A stretch of DNA of 60,934 nt, counting the filler, from Candidatus Omnitrophota bacterium (GTDB taxonomy: Bacteria > Omnitrophota > Gorgyraeia > Zapsychrales > Zapsychraceae), in assembly GCA_015233495.1 (NCBI GenBank). It is 4 parts of 4 records of this genome, joined end to end, with 100 filler letters (N's around TTAATTAATTAA, not from the genome) between each part and the next. Parts side by side here need not be neighbours in the genome. Positions count along the whole stretch, not along the records: positions 30,945 to 45,977 come from JADFXQ010000044.1; positions 46,078 to 60,934 come from JADFXQ010000045.1; 2 more parts are not named here. One strand, written 5' to 3'. Made by a program: the position numbers and the translations under genes. The notes under the pieces were generated by a model. It had not been told where the DNA came from. It did not search any database and worked only from the letters and a program-made list of their open reading frames with translations. Positions 41,482 to 52,200 of the stretch are shown piece after piece; the stretch's first letter is position 1, and each line of letters starts with the position of its first letter.

Positions 41482-41520
41482 AAAAAAAGCGGGACCGCTT
41501 GATCAAACCGCCAGTCCCGC
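41482..41520 (-). terminator. Second terminator-like hairpin in the pilin leader
   Basis: GCGGGAC...GTCCCGC followed by T7 on the minus strand. Confidence 0.6.
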
Positions 41521-41550
41521 CGACATACTAAAATGTTTTCCCTCGCTCAT

Positions 41551-41580
41551 AAAAAAACCTATTCTCCGCAAAAGAATAGG
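41551..41580 (-). terminator. Intrinsic terminator (riboswitch expression platform)
   Basis: CCTATTCT-TTTGCGG-AGAATAGG followed by T7. Confidence 0.8.
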
Positions 41581-41605
41581 CCATGAAAAAACGCGAGTTT
41601 TGTCC

Positions 41606-41695
41606 TGGCAACTGGCTGCCATGCAAGGCGTTCACCGCCCAACAAGGCCCTATAGCTTTGTGTCCCATCCTTTCGGATGGTTTACCTTTTGCAGT
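41606..41695 (-). promoter_or_regulatory. c-di-GMP-I (GEMM) riboswitch upstream of pilin copy 2
   Basis: Minus strand GGTAAACCATCC-GAAA-GGATGGGACACAAAGCTATAGGGCC...GGCAGCCAGTTGCC fits the GEMM-I consensus. Confidence 0.9.
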
Positions 41696-41704
41696 TCTAA
41701 TTAA

Positions 41705-41732
41705 AGTATATCATCCCACCGCCAGCTGTCAA
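41705..41732 (-). promoter_or_regulatory. Sigma70-like promoter driving the riboswitch leader
   Basis: TTGACA (41732-41727), 16 bp, TGn-TATACT (41710-41705), directly upstream of the aptamer. Confidence 0.7.
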
Positions 41733-42829
41733 CCCGCGTAAACCGCCAAAGTGCGCTGGGCGTTTATTCCCGGACTGAATTCCGCGGCGCGCCGCAGCGC
41801 GGCGGCCCGTAGACTCATAGTCATTTCTTCATCTTCGAGAATCCGCCGTATGGCCCGGGCCATATCTTCCCAAATCGCCGGGTCAACGGTCAAAGCCGCG
41901 GTAGCGGCAATTTCCGCGCAAGAGGACACGTTGGAGGTGACTATGGCCGCGCCGCATGCCATGGCCTCGACCACGGGGTAACCAAACCCTTCATAAAATG
42001 ACGGATAAAGAAACACTTGCGTCAAATTGTACAGCCAACGCAAATTTTCATCAGAAACAAAACCGAGAAATACCACGTCTTTTTCCAACCCCATCCGGCG
42101 CAGATCGTCCCGCAGTCCTTCACTCATCCAGCCTTTCATTCCTGCTACAACCAACTGCCCCGAGAAATAACCCTGCCGCTTCACTGCCGCGAACGCTTGA
42201 AAAATATTTTTTAAATTTTTGCGCGGTTCCAACGTGCCGACAAAAAGCAAAAAAGGGGGCAAAATTCCAACCTTTTTTAACCAATCCCGGCCCGCGCTCC
42301 GCTCGTCGTCAGAAATCGGATAAAAAATTCGGGAATCAATCCCATTGTAAACGATAACCGTTTTCCCGCGGGTGGAGGGATAATATTTTTCCAGGTCCGC
42401 GGCGGTGCTGCGCGATATGCAGATAAACTGATCGGCGCGTCCGACTATACTATCCATCAGTTGCTCGCTTAAGCGTAACGCTTCCGCAGTATGAACTTGC
42501 GGATACACTTTAAAAACCAAATCATGCACTGTGACAATGACCCGGCCGACTTTGGTACGCAAAATTTCAGGACTCGGAGCGTGATAAATATCCGGATGGC
42601 CGGCGGCAAAATCTACGCCCCAGCCAAACGGATCCGGCTTGACGAAAAAATTAGCCGCCGGCGGCTGGGGAAATTTCCGCCGCAGATCAAACAACCCCCG
42701 GGGACAATAGAGAAAATATTCATTACGGCTGTCGATCAAAGCCAATTGCCGCACCAGACTTCCCGCGTAACGGCCGATGCCTACCGGTCGCGGCCCCATA
42801 AAAGAGCGGCAATTGATCGCAATACGCAT
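41729..42829 (-). CDS. GT4 family glycosyltransferase
   Basis: GIGRY, TVHDL, VGTLEPRKN, YEGFGYPVVEAMACG. Confidence 0.93.
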   Translation of the reverse strand: MRIAINCRSFMGPRPVGIGRYAGSLVRQLALIDSRNEYFLYCPRGLFDLRRKFPQPPAANFFVKPDPFGWGVDFAAGHPDIYHAPSPEILRTKVGRVIVTVHDLVFKVYPQVHTAEALRLSEQLMDSIVGRADQFICISRSTAADLEKYYPSTRGKTVIVYNGIDSRIFYPISDDERSAGRDWLKKVGILPPFLLFVGTLEPRKNLKNIFQAFAAVKRQGYFSGQLVVAGMKGWMSEGLRDDLRRMGLEKDVVFLGFVSDENLRWLYNLTQVFLYPSFYEGFGYPVVEAMACGAAIVTSNVSSCAEIAATAALTVDPAIWEDMARAIRRILEDEEMTMSLRAAALRRAAEFSPGINAQRTLAVYAG

Positions 42830-42885
42830 AAGACGGCTTGGAAATAACGGTACGGCCCTATATTTTCGCAATAGGGCGCTGTGCC

Positions 42886-43671
42886 TTAATTTTTCGTAGA
42901 CGGTTTATCAAACCAAATGTGTCTTTTGAACGCTTTTCTCACCCGAAAACCCTGGGAAGCCAGAAAAGCGAGAGAATCGTCCCGCTCTTGATCGCTATGA
43001 ATTTCTAAAAGAATATTTTTGACTTTTGGCAATGTCCGGCTGGCGCCGCGAAACATTGCCGCGGCGCTGTCCTCAATATCCACTTTCAAAAAATCAATCA
43101 TCCTCAGGTCATACGGGGCCAACCCATCGTCTAAAGTTATAGCCTCAACCTGCCGCTTTTTCCGATCCTGGCCCGAAACCAAAATGCTGTTGCCGCCAAA
43201 CAAAGGGTCTTCGTAACGTATATCCAACCGCGGACCAGTCTGGCCGGCCAATACCGCAGTGATCGGCACATATCTCGCTTGAAAACGCTCCGGCAAAGAC
43301 TGGGTCGTAAAATCATTGGCTTCGCGCATCATATCAAAACCATATACCCTGGAGCGCGAATTCAGGAAAAACCACCAGCGCACTGATATGCCGACGTTAA
43401 TGCCGCAATCCACAATCACCGGCCCGTCCGCGGCGCGGATTTGTTTTTCGACAAGACGATCGCGGATTGTCCCCTGTAAAATATTGTCCCGAATATTCCG
43501 CAGTTCCTCCGGATGCGAGATCCGGCCAAACACCGGCAAGGAAAATGGCAAATGTAACAAATGCCATTTTTTATAATAAAATAAAACTAAGCTTTTTATG
43601 CCGAAGATCTGACCAAAAGATAAGAAACTGATTAAATTTTCATAGACCATCGCGACCCCCGGCTTCCTCAC
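42886..43671 (-). CDS. FkbM-family methyltransferase
   Basis: VDCGINVG, TLDD, IDFLKVDIE, LEIH. Confidence 0.8.
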   Translation of the reverse strand: MRKPGVAMVYENLISFLSFGQIFGIKSLVLFYYKKWHLLHLPFSLPVFGRISHPEELRNIRDNILQGTIRDRLVEKQIRAADGPVIVDCGINVGISVRWWFFLNSRSRVYGFDMMREANDFTTQSLPERFQARYVPITAVLAGQTGPRLDIRYEDPLFGGNSILVSGQDRKKRQVEAITLDDGLAPYDLRMIDFLKVDIEDSAAAMFRGASRTLPKVKNILLEIHSDQERDDSLAFLASQGFRVRKAFKRHIWFDKPSTKN

Positions 43672-44769
43672 TTAAGCCAATATTTGCCAAAAATGCCGCG
43701 GTATGCGTTTTGCCATCTTGAGCGCCCCGTTCGCGCCGGCAAAAACCGGTTCTTCTACCCGCCGTACCCGTCCCCCGCCCAATTCTTTCATCCCTTCTTC
43801 AACCAATTTAGGCAAACCGATCATCTGGCTGCCGCCTCCGGCCAAAATCACATTATTGCGTAAATCTTCCTGAAACTCCGGATCATACGACGCAATCAAC
43901 TCCGCGATCGCTTCAATGATCGGCGGCACAATGCTCCGGCAAGCAGCGCGCAACTCATTGGTGATATCGATCTCCTGCGGCCGGCCTTTCACCGGAAACT
44001 TTGCCGTGATCTTGTCGACACTGTCGGCCACAAAACCATTATGTTCTTTGATCGATTTAACCATGTTAACCGTGAACTGCACTTGGGGATGCTTCGCGCG
44101 AATCGCCTGCGCGAATTGTTCATCCACATAATCCCCAGCTTTGTCAAACGTGATCTGATCATCATCCGACGGGAGAGTGCCGTGCAGCCGGCACAAATCC
44201 ACTGTCCCCGCGCCAATATCGATGATCAAAGCCCGGTCCAATATTCCCAAGCCATATGCCACGGAAAACGGCTCGGAACAAATCATCACCGCGTTTAATA
44301 TGCCCCGCGCCGCGTCGACCAGAATCCGCTTGCTCGCCACGCTGGCCCGCGCCGGAGCACCGATCACCCCATAAACCGGCTGCTGCGGTTTGGGACGCGC
44401 CAAACGCAGCAAATGTTTGACTAAAAGCTGCGCCGCTTTCAAATTAATATTCTCGCCCGTCTTGGTCTCCTGTATCACGCCCTTAGCCAAAGGCCGCACC
44501 AGTTCCACGGACAAACGGTGTTTGAGCGCCGCGTCTCCGAAGAGCGGTTCCGTCCCCAGCAATTCTTCGGCGATATTGTCTTTGGGGAATCCCACGAAAG
44601 ACGGCACTACTTCCCGCACCCCGTTGCTCGCCGCAATTACCGACGAGGACGTCCCCAAATCTATCCCCACGAACAGCGCCTCGGTTTCGGAGGCGAAAGT
44701 TTCCACTCCTTTAGCCGAGGCTCCTTCGACTGCGCCTAATTGATCCTTACGGACATTCTTTTTCGACAT
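43672..44769 (-). CDS. MamK/Mad28-like actin-family ATPase
   Basis: GIDLGTS, VGFPKD, PL.KGVI, IGAPARAS, SEPF.VAYGL, DIGAGT.D.C...G..P, AGGGS, GAL..A...P...W follow the MamK pattern rather than MreB. Confidence 0.85.
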   Translation of the reverse strand: MSKKNVRKDQLGAVEGASAKGVETFASETEALFVGIDLGTSSSVIAASNGVREVVPSFVGFPKDNIAEELLGTEPLFGDAALKHRLSVELVRPLAKGVIQETKTGENINLKAAQLLVKHLLRLARPKPQQPVYGVIGAPARASVASKRILVDAARGILNAVMICSEPFSVAYGLGILDRALIIDIGAGTVDLCRLHGTLPSDDDQITFDKAGDYVDEQFAQAIRAKHPQVQFTVNMVKSIKEHNGFVADSVDKITAKFPVKGRPQEIDITNELRAACRSIVPPIIEAIAELIASYDPEFQEDLRNNVILAGGGSQMIGLPKLVEEGMKELGGGRVRRVEEPVFAGANGALKMAKRIPRHFWQILA

Positions 44770-45214
44770 CACGCGCTCCTCTTCCCTTTTGGGCCATTTC
44801 CGGTTTTTGCAACACAATATTTTGTTTTAAAATCGTCGCCAGGATATTTCGTTCGGATTCGCTGAAATGCGCGTCCCCTTGAATCTCCCCGATCGTCTGC
44901 GACATGGTCTGGCGGTTCAAATGCCCGCGCAACTGCAGATCATTGATCTTTTCCTGCAAAGCCCGCAAGGCTTCGGTCAAAGAACTGATCCGCCGGTCAT
45001 ATTCCTGTAAGGTTACTGCTTGCGGTTCGGGATTCAGATGAACGAGGTATTCCGAAATAATTTTACGCAGATCGTCCCCAGAGAGCAACCTTATGCCTAT
45101 GCGCGACTTGGTCTGCCGCAGCGCATCCCACACCCCAGACACCGGACGCCAAGTTTGCCCAATTAATCTGCCCATCGTCCAAAATATCTGTTGCCGGGTG
45201 TAAACCTTATTCAT
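44747..45214 (-). CDS. Coiled-coil protein overlapping the actin-like gene
   Basis: Heptad region YDRRISSLTEALRALQEKINDLQ; overlaps the downstream start. Confidence 0.7.
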   Translation of the reverse strand: MNKVYTRQQIFWTMGRLIGQTWRPVSGVWDALRQTKSRIGIRLLSGDDLRKIISEYLVHLNPEPQAVTLQEYDRRISSLTEALRALQEKINDLQLRGHLNRQTMSQTIGEIQGDAHFSESERNILATILKQNIVLQKPEMAQKGRGARDVEKECP

Positions 45215-45291
45215 AAAAGTAATTCATCCCTGATTTGCCGTGCATCCTTTCCTCCCTTTATAAAGAAAAAACTGTTCTCTGTCAACTGCGG

Positions 45292-45379
45292 AAGAATAAA
45301 GGTAAGAATAAAGGTGCCGGACACTTTTTCTTACGCAGATTGATCTGCGTAAGAAAAAGTGTCCGTCACCTTTATTCTT
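45292..45379. repeat. Long palindrome (37-bp arms, 2-nt spacer) with a 12-bp tandem duplication
   Basis: 45304-45340 inverted with 45343-45379 (one mismatch); AAGAATAAAGGT occurs twice at 45292-45315. Confidence 0.85.
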
Positions 45380-45977
45380 TTATAACGAACAGAGTATTCT
45401 TCTCAAGTGACCGAGCCACATTGACCAAACCGATCATAACCGGGACTTCGATCAGTGGCCCTATAACTGCGGCGAAGGCCACCCCCGAGTTGATCCCGAA
45501 AACGGCGATAGCGACCGCGATGGCGAGCTCAAAATTGTTGCTAGCCGCCGTGAACGACAACGTGACCGTCTTGCCGTGGTCTGCCCCTGCCTTCCGGCTC
45601 ATAAAGAATGAGACAAAGAACATCACGATGAAATACACCAAAAGGGGAATGGCAATCCGCACGACGTCCAGCGGGATCTTCACGATGTATTCGCCCTTGA
45701 GCGAAAACATAACGAATATGGTGAACAAAAGCGCGACCAGCGTAATCGGGCTGATGCGCGGAATAAAGACCTTCTCGTACCACTCCTTCCCCTTCAGCCG
45801 GAGTAGAACGAATCTTGAGATCATCCCCGCCAGGAACGGAATGCCGAGATAGATAAACACACTCTTGGCGATCTGCATAATCTTGACATTGACCACGGCC
45901 CCTTTAAGCCCGAACCAACCGGGCAGGATCGTGATGAACACCCACGCGTACACAGAGAAGAACAGAACCTGAAAGAC
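45372..45977 (-). CDS. acr3: ACR3-family arsenite efflux transporter (5' cut by contig end)
   Basis: [42 protein letters not shown]. Confidence 0.95.
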   Translation of the reverse strand, partial: VFQVLFFSVYAWVFITILPGWFGLKGAVVNVKIMQIAKSVFIYLGIPFLAGMISRFVLLRLKGKEWYEKVFIPRISPITLVALLFTIFVMFSLKGEYIVKIPLDVVRIAIPLLVYFIVMFFVSFFMSRKAGADHGKTVTLSFTAASNNFELAIAVAIAVFGINSGVAFAAVIGPLIEVPVMIGLVNVARSLEKNTLFVIKE

Positions 45978-46077
45978 NNNNNNNNNNNNNNNNNNNNNNN
46001 NNNNNNNNNNNNNNNNNNNNNTTAATTAATTAANNNNNNNNNNNNNNNNNNNNNNNNNNNNNNNNNNNNNNNNNNNN
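45978..46077. other. Artificial contig linker
   Basis: N-run with TTAATTAATTAA. Confidence 0.99.
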
Positions 46078-46079
46078 CT

Positions 46080-46136
46080 ATAGATGCGGCCAACATCGCC
46101 CGTCACGCGATTGGATTGATCGACAAGTTGTGTTGA
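46080..46136 (+). CDS. C-terminal end of a dockerin-bearing protein (cut by contig start; not in ORF track)
   Basis: IDAANIARHAIGLIDKLC* aligns with FDAVLIAKKAIGLIDKF at the end of 53630-56983. Confidence 0.7.
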   Translation: MDAANIARHAIGLIDKLC

Positions 46137-46174
46137 TCATATTCTGCCTTTCCGTAATCGGCCCGCGCCAATTG

Positions 46175-46199
46175 ATAATTAGTGCCTGTCACTAATTAT
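46175..46199. repeat. REP-like hairpin, same unit as 31459-31483
   Basis: ATAATTAGTG-CCTGT-CACTAATTAT. Confidence 0.8.
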
Positions 46200-46241
46200 T
46201 CGATATATTTATCACCGTTGTAGGTACGCCCCTACAAAATA

Positions 46242-49200
46242 TTACCGGCCAGCGACCGCTTCGCGCGGTGACACGCTGACCCGAACATTCGTTTTATTCC
46301 TCTCTCCGGACGGATCTGCGGCATAAACCGTCAACTGATAATTTCCCGGACGCGCCGGTGTCCAGGTAAACCGATTATTATTCATACTATGCGTGTCTCC
46401 GGCCGGAACGCCGTAGACCGAAATTTTTACCGGATCATGATCCAAATCAACGGCATGGATCATAAAACTGAGAACGCTGCCGACTGTCGCGGTTTGATCC
46501 GGAATCGGATCAATAGTCGGCGGACGATCCACATCCGCAACCGCGACGTTCATCTCGCGGGACACCGAATTGGTCCCGTCACTCACGGTAAATTTAATGG
46601 TATAAATTTTATTCACCCCGCCTTGATCATAATTTGGCGTCCATTCAAAGATGCGTGTCCCGGCGTTGAAGGTCGCGCCGGTCGGTAATCCGGTTGCCGA
46701 ATACGTCAAGGGGCTGTCCGCGTCCGCTGAAATAGCGTATACGGAAATTCTTAAAGTCTGGCCTTCCCGAATCCATTGGTTCGCCAAAGAGCCGAAAAAC
46801 GGCGGCAGTTTTGTTTTGGCTTTTACGGGCATATCGGTATTGACCGGCATCTTCGAATTGATCGAAGTCACAACATTAACCACATTGACCGGCGTTACCA
46901 TATTTCCAGACGATGTTGCGCTGGACACATTACTTAATCCCAAGGAAATCGTTCCGGATTGCACTTTAATCATGATCGGAGATTGGACTTTGGTCTTGCC
47001 GTCTGAAACGACAAATGTCACCAGATAAGAACCATTCTGCCCGGTATAGGGTCGCCAGGAAAATGTCTGGTTGGATTTGTCAAAATTCGCCCCAAACGGC
47101 AAGTTGAGCGCCGAATAGGCCAACGGATCCTGATCCGCGTCGGTCGCCGCGACTTGGAAGGTCAATTGTTGATTTTCAAAAACGGTTTGATCGCCGAGCG
47201 GATTGAATTCCGGCGGATGATTGGCGGTTTGCAACTCAATTGGCGGAATAATCGGATGCAAATTGGCGTCACTGATTATCAGAGAAACAATTTCTTGAGA
47301 ACTGGCGTCATTTTGATCGGTAATTTTAAAAGTCACCGGATACTTCCCTGCCTGATTATACGCCGGGACCCAGCTGAACGTATGTGTGTCTTGGTTCCAA
47401 ACCGCGCCCGGCGGCAGACCCGTGACAGAATAGCTTACAGTATCGCCGAGATCCAGATCATAGCCACTGACTGTAAAAGTCAGCATATTGCTAACATAAG
47501 CCGTCTTGGTCCCTATCGTATTTAATGCCGGAGGACGATTGACATGATTCACCGTGATTTTAAAAGTCTTGGCTGCAGCGATTTTGCCGTCACTGACCGA
47601 CACTGTCACGGTGTGATCACCGGCCTGTCCCCAAGCCGGAGTCCAGGATAAAACTTTCGTCTCCGAGTTGATCGCGGCATCGCCGTTCAATCCAGATACG
47701 GAAAATGTCAAAGCGTCGCCGTCCGGATCCGAAGCTGACAAAGGCACGGTCAACGCGCTCCCTTCGTTCGCGGTCTGATCCAAGACCGGGTCTAAAGTCG
47801 GCGCATGGTTGACTTTGTTGACCGTAATGTTAATCACTTTTTGAACATTGAGCGACCCGTCCGAAACCTGAAACTTCACCGGCCAAGTGATATTTCCCTG
47901 ATTATTCGCCGGTGTCCAAGTAAATTTTTGCGTTAAGGGGTCAAAAACCGCTCCGTTTGGAAGATTTGGCGCCACGGAATATGTCACAGCATCACCGTCC
48001 GGATCAGTCGCGGCAATTGTTAAGCTGAATTCTTTTTCCGCATCCGTGGTCTGATCAGACAGCGCCGCGAACTCCGGCGGGCGATTCACATGCATAACCG
48101 TGATCTTAAAGGTCTGGGTGGAACTCAACTTCCCGTCCGAAACAGACACGGTCACCGTATGATCGCCCGTTTCACCCCAAGCGGGAGTCCAGGTCAGTTT
48201 TTTTGCCGCGGCATCGATCTTGGCGTTGGAAGTCAGCCCGGCAACGGAATAGGTCAACGGATCTCCGTCCGGATCAGAAGCGGATAATATTAAGGTGAAT
48301 TCCGACCCTTCATAGGCGGTTTGATCCACTACCGCGTCCAAAACCGGCGGTTGGTTGACTTTGTTTACCGTAATATTGATAATCTTTTGCACGGTATTCG
48401 TTCCGTCGGAAACTTGAAACGTCACCGGCCATGTCCCGTATTGCGCATAATCCGGCGTCCAATTGAATTGCCGCGTATCTAAATCAAATGTCGCGTTTTT
48501 GGGAAGCGTTGACACAAGATAATAGGTCAAAGGATCATTGTCCTGGTCGGTTGCCGATATCGTGAAGTTCACCGGTTGTTGGGGATTAACGGCCGGCACA
48601 ACCACAGGATCAAATACCGGCGGATGATTGAACTTCGTAACTGTAATTTTAAAACTGCCGGATACCGCGTCTTTACCATCAGATGCCGTCACGGTGATCG
48701 GGTAAATCCCGGCTTGACCTTCCGTCGGCGTCCAAGTCAACATGCCGGCGCTGGCATTTAAGGAAGCGCCTTGCGGTAAATTCGTAGACGTAAAACTCAA
48801 CGAGTTCGGATAAGAATCCGGGTCAGCGGCCGGAATCGAAACAGTTATCGACGATCTTTCTTCAACGGTCCGATCCGTGATGGTCCCGATAACCGGCGGT
48901 TGATTCTTTTTAATCACCGTAATCGTAATTTGATGCGTAACCGGTGTATGACCATCGGTCACAGTGAAAGTTACTGGATAAGTTCCCGCTTGCCCATAAT
49001 TCGGCGTCCAGTCGAATGTCCGGGTGTCAGGATTGAATGACGCGTTAACGATCGTACGATCCATGGTGTATGTTAAGGGGTCGTTCTCCGGATCTTGCGC
49101 GGACACGGTGAAATGCAGTGTTTCGGTTTCCTGAATAGTCCAATCACGGATATCAACCCATTTCGGCGCCTGATTCGGCGGCGGCGCGGGTTGAGTCACG

Positions 49201-52200
49201 GTGATATGGACATTTTCCACGTCGGATAATGCCCCTTTGTTCACTGTAAAAGACACCACCGCAGAGCCGACTTGATCTAAGGTCGGTGTCCAAGAAAAGG
49301 TTTTGGAGTTCTGGTCAAATGCTGCTCCGGTCGGCAAATTTGAAGCTGAAAAAACCAAAGAAAGCCCAGTAGCATCATCTGGATCAGTCGCGTAAGCGGT
49401 AATCGATAGGGTTTGTTTCGCTTCTACGGTTTTATTCCCAATAAAAGTCAAAACCGGACGTTGGGGAACATCGGTCACCGTAACCGCAACCGTTTCCGAA
49501 GCGGTCAATTTCTCGTCGGATACGGTAAAAGTAACCATATACGGATCAGTCCGGCCTTGGGTATAGGACGGCTTCCAAGTAAAGATTCGCGTCGCCGGGT
49601 CAAAGGTCGCGCCTGGCGGCAATCCGGCAACCGTATAGGTCAATGTGTCTTGCGTATCTTTGTCTGTGGCGAGTACCGTGAAACTCTTTTCCACGTTTTC
49701 CGTAAAGGTCTGGCTTCCGATGGAATTAAATGTCGGAGCGCGATTGACTGTGATTTTAAAAGTTTGCGCGGCGCTTAAACCTCCTGGATCTATCGCCGTC
49801 ACGGTAACATTATAAATATTCGTTGTCTGACTCTGTCCCACCCCCGGAGTCCAGGAAAACTTTTTGGTCGCAGGATCAACTGCGGCATCGGACCCGGCCG
49901 GCAATCCGGCGATCGCGTAAGTTAAAGTATTGCTATCCGGATCCGCGACGGGCAAGGTCACAGTGAGTTTGGTCCCTTCATTGATAGTCTGGTTTCCAAT
50001 CACGTTAAATGTCGGCGCGCGGTTCACGGTAATTTTAAATGTTTTCGCATCACTCATATTTTCCGGATCTGTCGCGGTCACGGTAACATTATAAATATTC
50101 GTTATTTGACTTTGTCCCACCGCCGGCATCCAGGAAAACATTTTCGTCACCGGGTCAACTGCGGCGTCGGAACCTGCCGGTAATCCAGAGATTGTGTAGG
50201 TTAAGGCATCTCCATCCGGATCGGTCACCTGTAAAGGAAATGACAATTTTACCCCTTCATTCGTAGTTTGGTCCGCAATGGCACTTAAGGTCGGCGATCG
50301 ATTAACATGATGAACCGTAAGGGTAAAAGTTTTAGAATCACTCAACGGAATTTTCCCGGAATCGGTCACAGTGACCGTCACCGGATAATCCAAATGATTT
50401 ACCGTTTTTCCGACGAACAATCCTTGCGGCGGAGTCCAAGAAAGTTTTTTAGAAATCGGGTCAATTTGAGCGTCAACCGGCAATCCGGTCAGAGAATAAG
50501 TCAAGGCATCGCCGTCCGGGTCCGTGGCCTGCAAAGTATAGGTAAAAGCGCTGCCTTCATTAACGCTTTGGGGGTCAATGGCGCTTAAGCTTGGCGGCCG
50601 ATTTACATCAATGACCGTAATAGCGGCAGTTTCAACATCCGTTAAAGCGCTGTCCGATACCGTAAACTTCACTATATAAGGAGCATCACGGCCTTGGTTA
50701 AAGTTCGGCGTCCAGGTCAAAGTCCTGGTAGCGGCGTTAAAAGTCGCGCCGTCCGGCAAATCGCTGGCGGAATAAGTCAAGTCATTACCATCCGGATCCG
50801 AAGCAGAAACCATTAGACTCAGGGTATCGCCTTCATTAACACTTTTGCTGGGTATGACGTTAAATGCCGGCGGGCGGTTGTAATTGCCAACGGTAATCGC
50901 CATGGTTTGCGAGGTTGTCAAAGAACCGTCAGTGACGCTAAATTTTATATAGTACGGCTCCGGACTGCCCTGATTATAATTAGGCGTCCAAGTCAATGTG
51001 TGGGTGCTGGTATTGAAAACCGCGCCAACCGGTAATGGAGTGCCGTCCGGCACACCGGAAGCAGAATAAGTCAATGCGTCACCGTCGGGATCAGACCCGG
51101 TTACAACAATAGGTGTTATGGCGCTATTTTCCAATACACTTTGGTCATTGATATGATTTAACACCGGAGGTTGATTAACATTATTGACCGTGATCGCAAC
51201 CGTTTCGGAAGCGGACAAAGTTCCGTCGAACACAGAAAAAGTAAAGGAATAATTGCCAGCTTGCGTATAATCCGGCGACCAAGAAAACGTTTTTGTCGCG
51301 GCGTTAAAACTCGCATGATTTGGCAATGGCAAAGGACTAACGCTGTAAATTAATGTGTCTTGCGTATCCATATCACTGCCGGATATTGTAAAACTCTTCG
51401 TATCTCCTTCATTAATACCCTGGCTTCCGATATGATTGAGGGTCGGGGCGTGATTCTTATGTTTAATAGTAATTGTAAATGTTTGGGAAGCGCTTAAATT
51501 TCCCGGATCTTTTACTGTGACGGTCACATTATAGGAAGTATCCTGCGCAACAATCGGCGGCGTCCAGGAAAAAATTTGGGTGACCGGGTCGATTGTCGCG
51601 TTGTTGCCGTTAGGTAATCCGGCGATGCTGAACGTCAAAGCGTCGTTGTCTATATCCGACGCTGACAAATTGATGGTGAACGCGATGCCATCATCTTTAG
51701 TTATCGAAGCTATTGGGCTTAAGATCGGGGCATTGTTCGTATGACTCACCGTGATCTTAAACGATTGTGAGACACTTAAATTACCCGGATCTTTCACCGT
51801 AACTGTTATGTTGTAAATACCCGCTTGTCCCGCCGCCGGAGTCCAAGTCAGCTTTTTCGTGCTCGGATCAACCGCGGCATCAGAGCCACCCGGGAAACCG
51901 GTCAGCGTGTATGTTAATACATCGTTGTCCGGATCGGAAGCCTGTAAGGTATATGATAATTTTATTCCTTCACTCGCCGATTGATCGGGAATGGCGCTTA
52001 AGGTTGGAGCTCGATTAGTATGACTCACTGTAATATTAAATGTTTGAGCTGCGCTCGCATTGCTGGGATCTTTTACCGTCACGGTCACTGGGTAAACCCC
52101 AGCCTGCCCGGCCAACGGAGTCCAAGAAAGAATCTTCGTGCTTAGGTCAACTGCGGCGTCCGAACCTGCCGGAAATCCCGATAACGAATAAGTTAGCGTG

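Noticed and set aside
41606..41695. 3',3'-cGAMP (GEMM-Ib) specificity
   Set aside because: The discriminating position reads G, not A, in all three aptamers.
43672..45214. Magnetosome gene cluster
   Set aside because: Only the actin-like gene and one coiled-coil gene are present; no mamA/B/E/I/M/O/P/Q on this contig.
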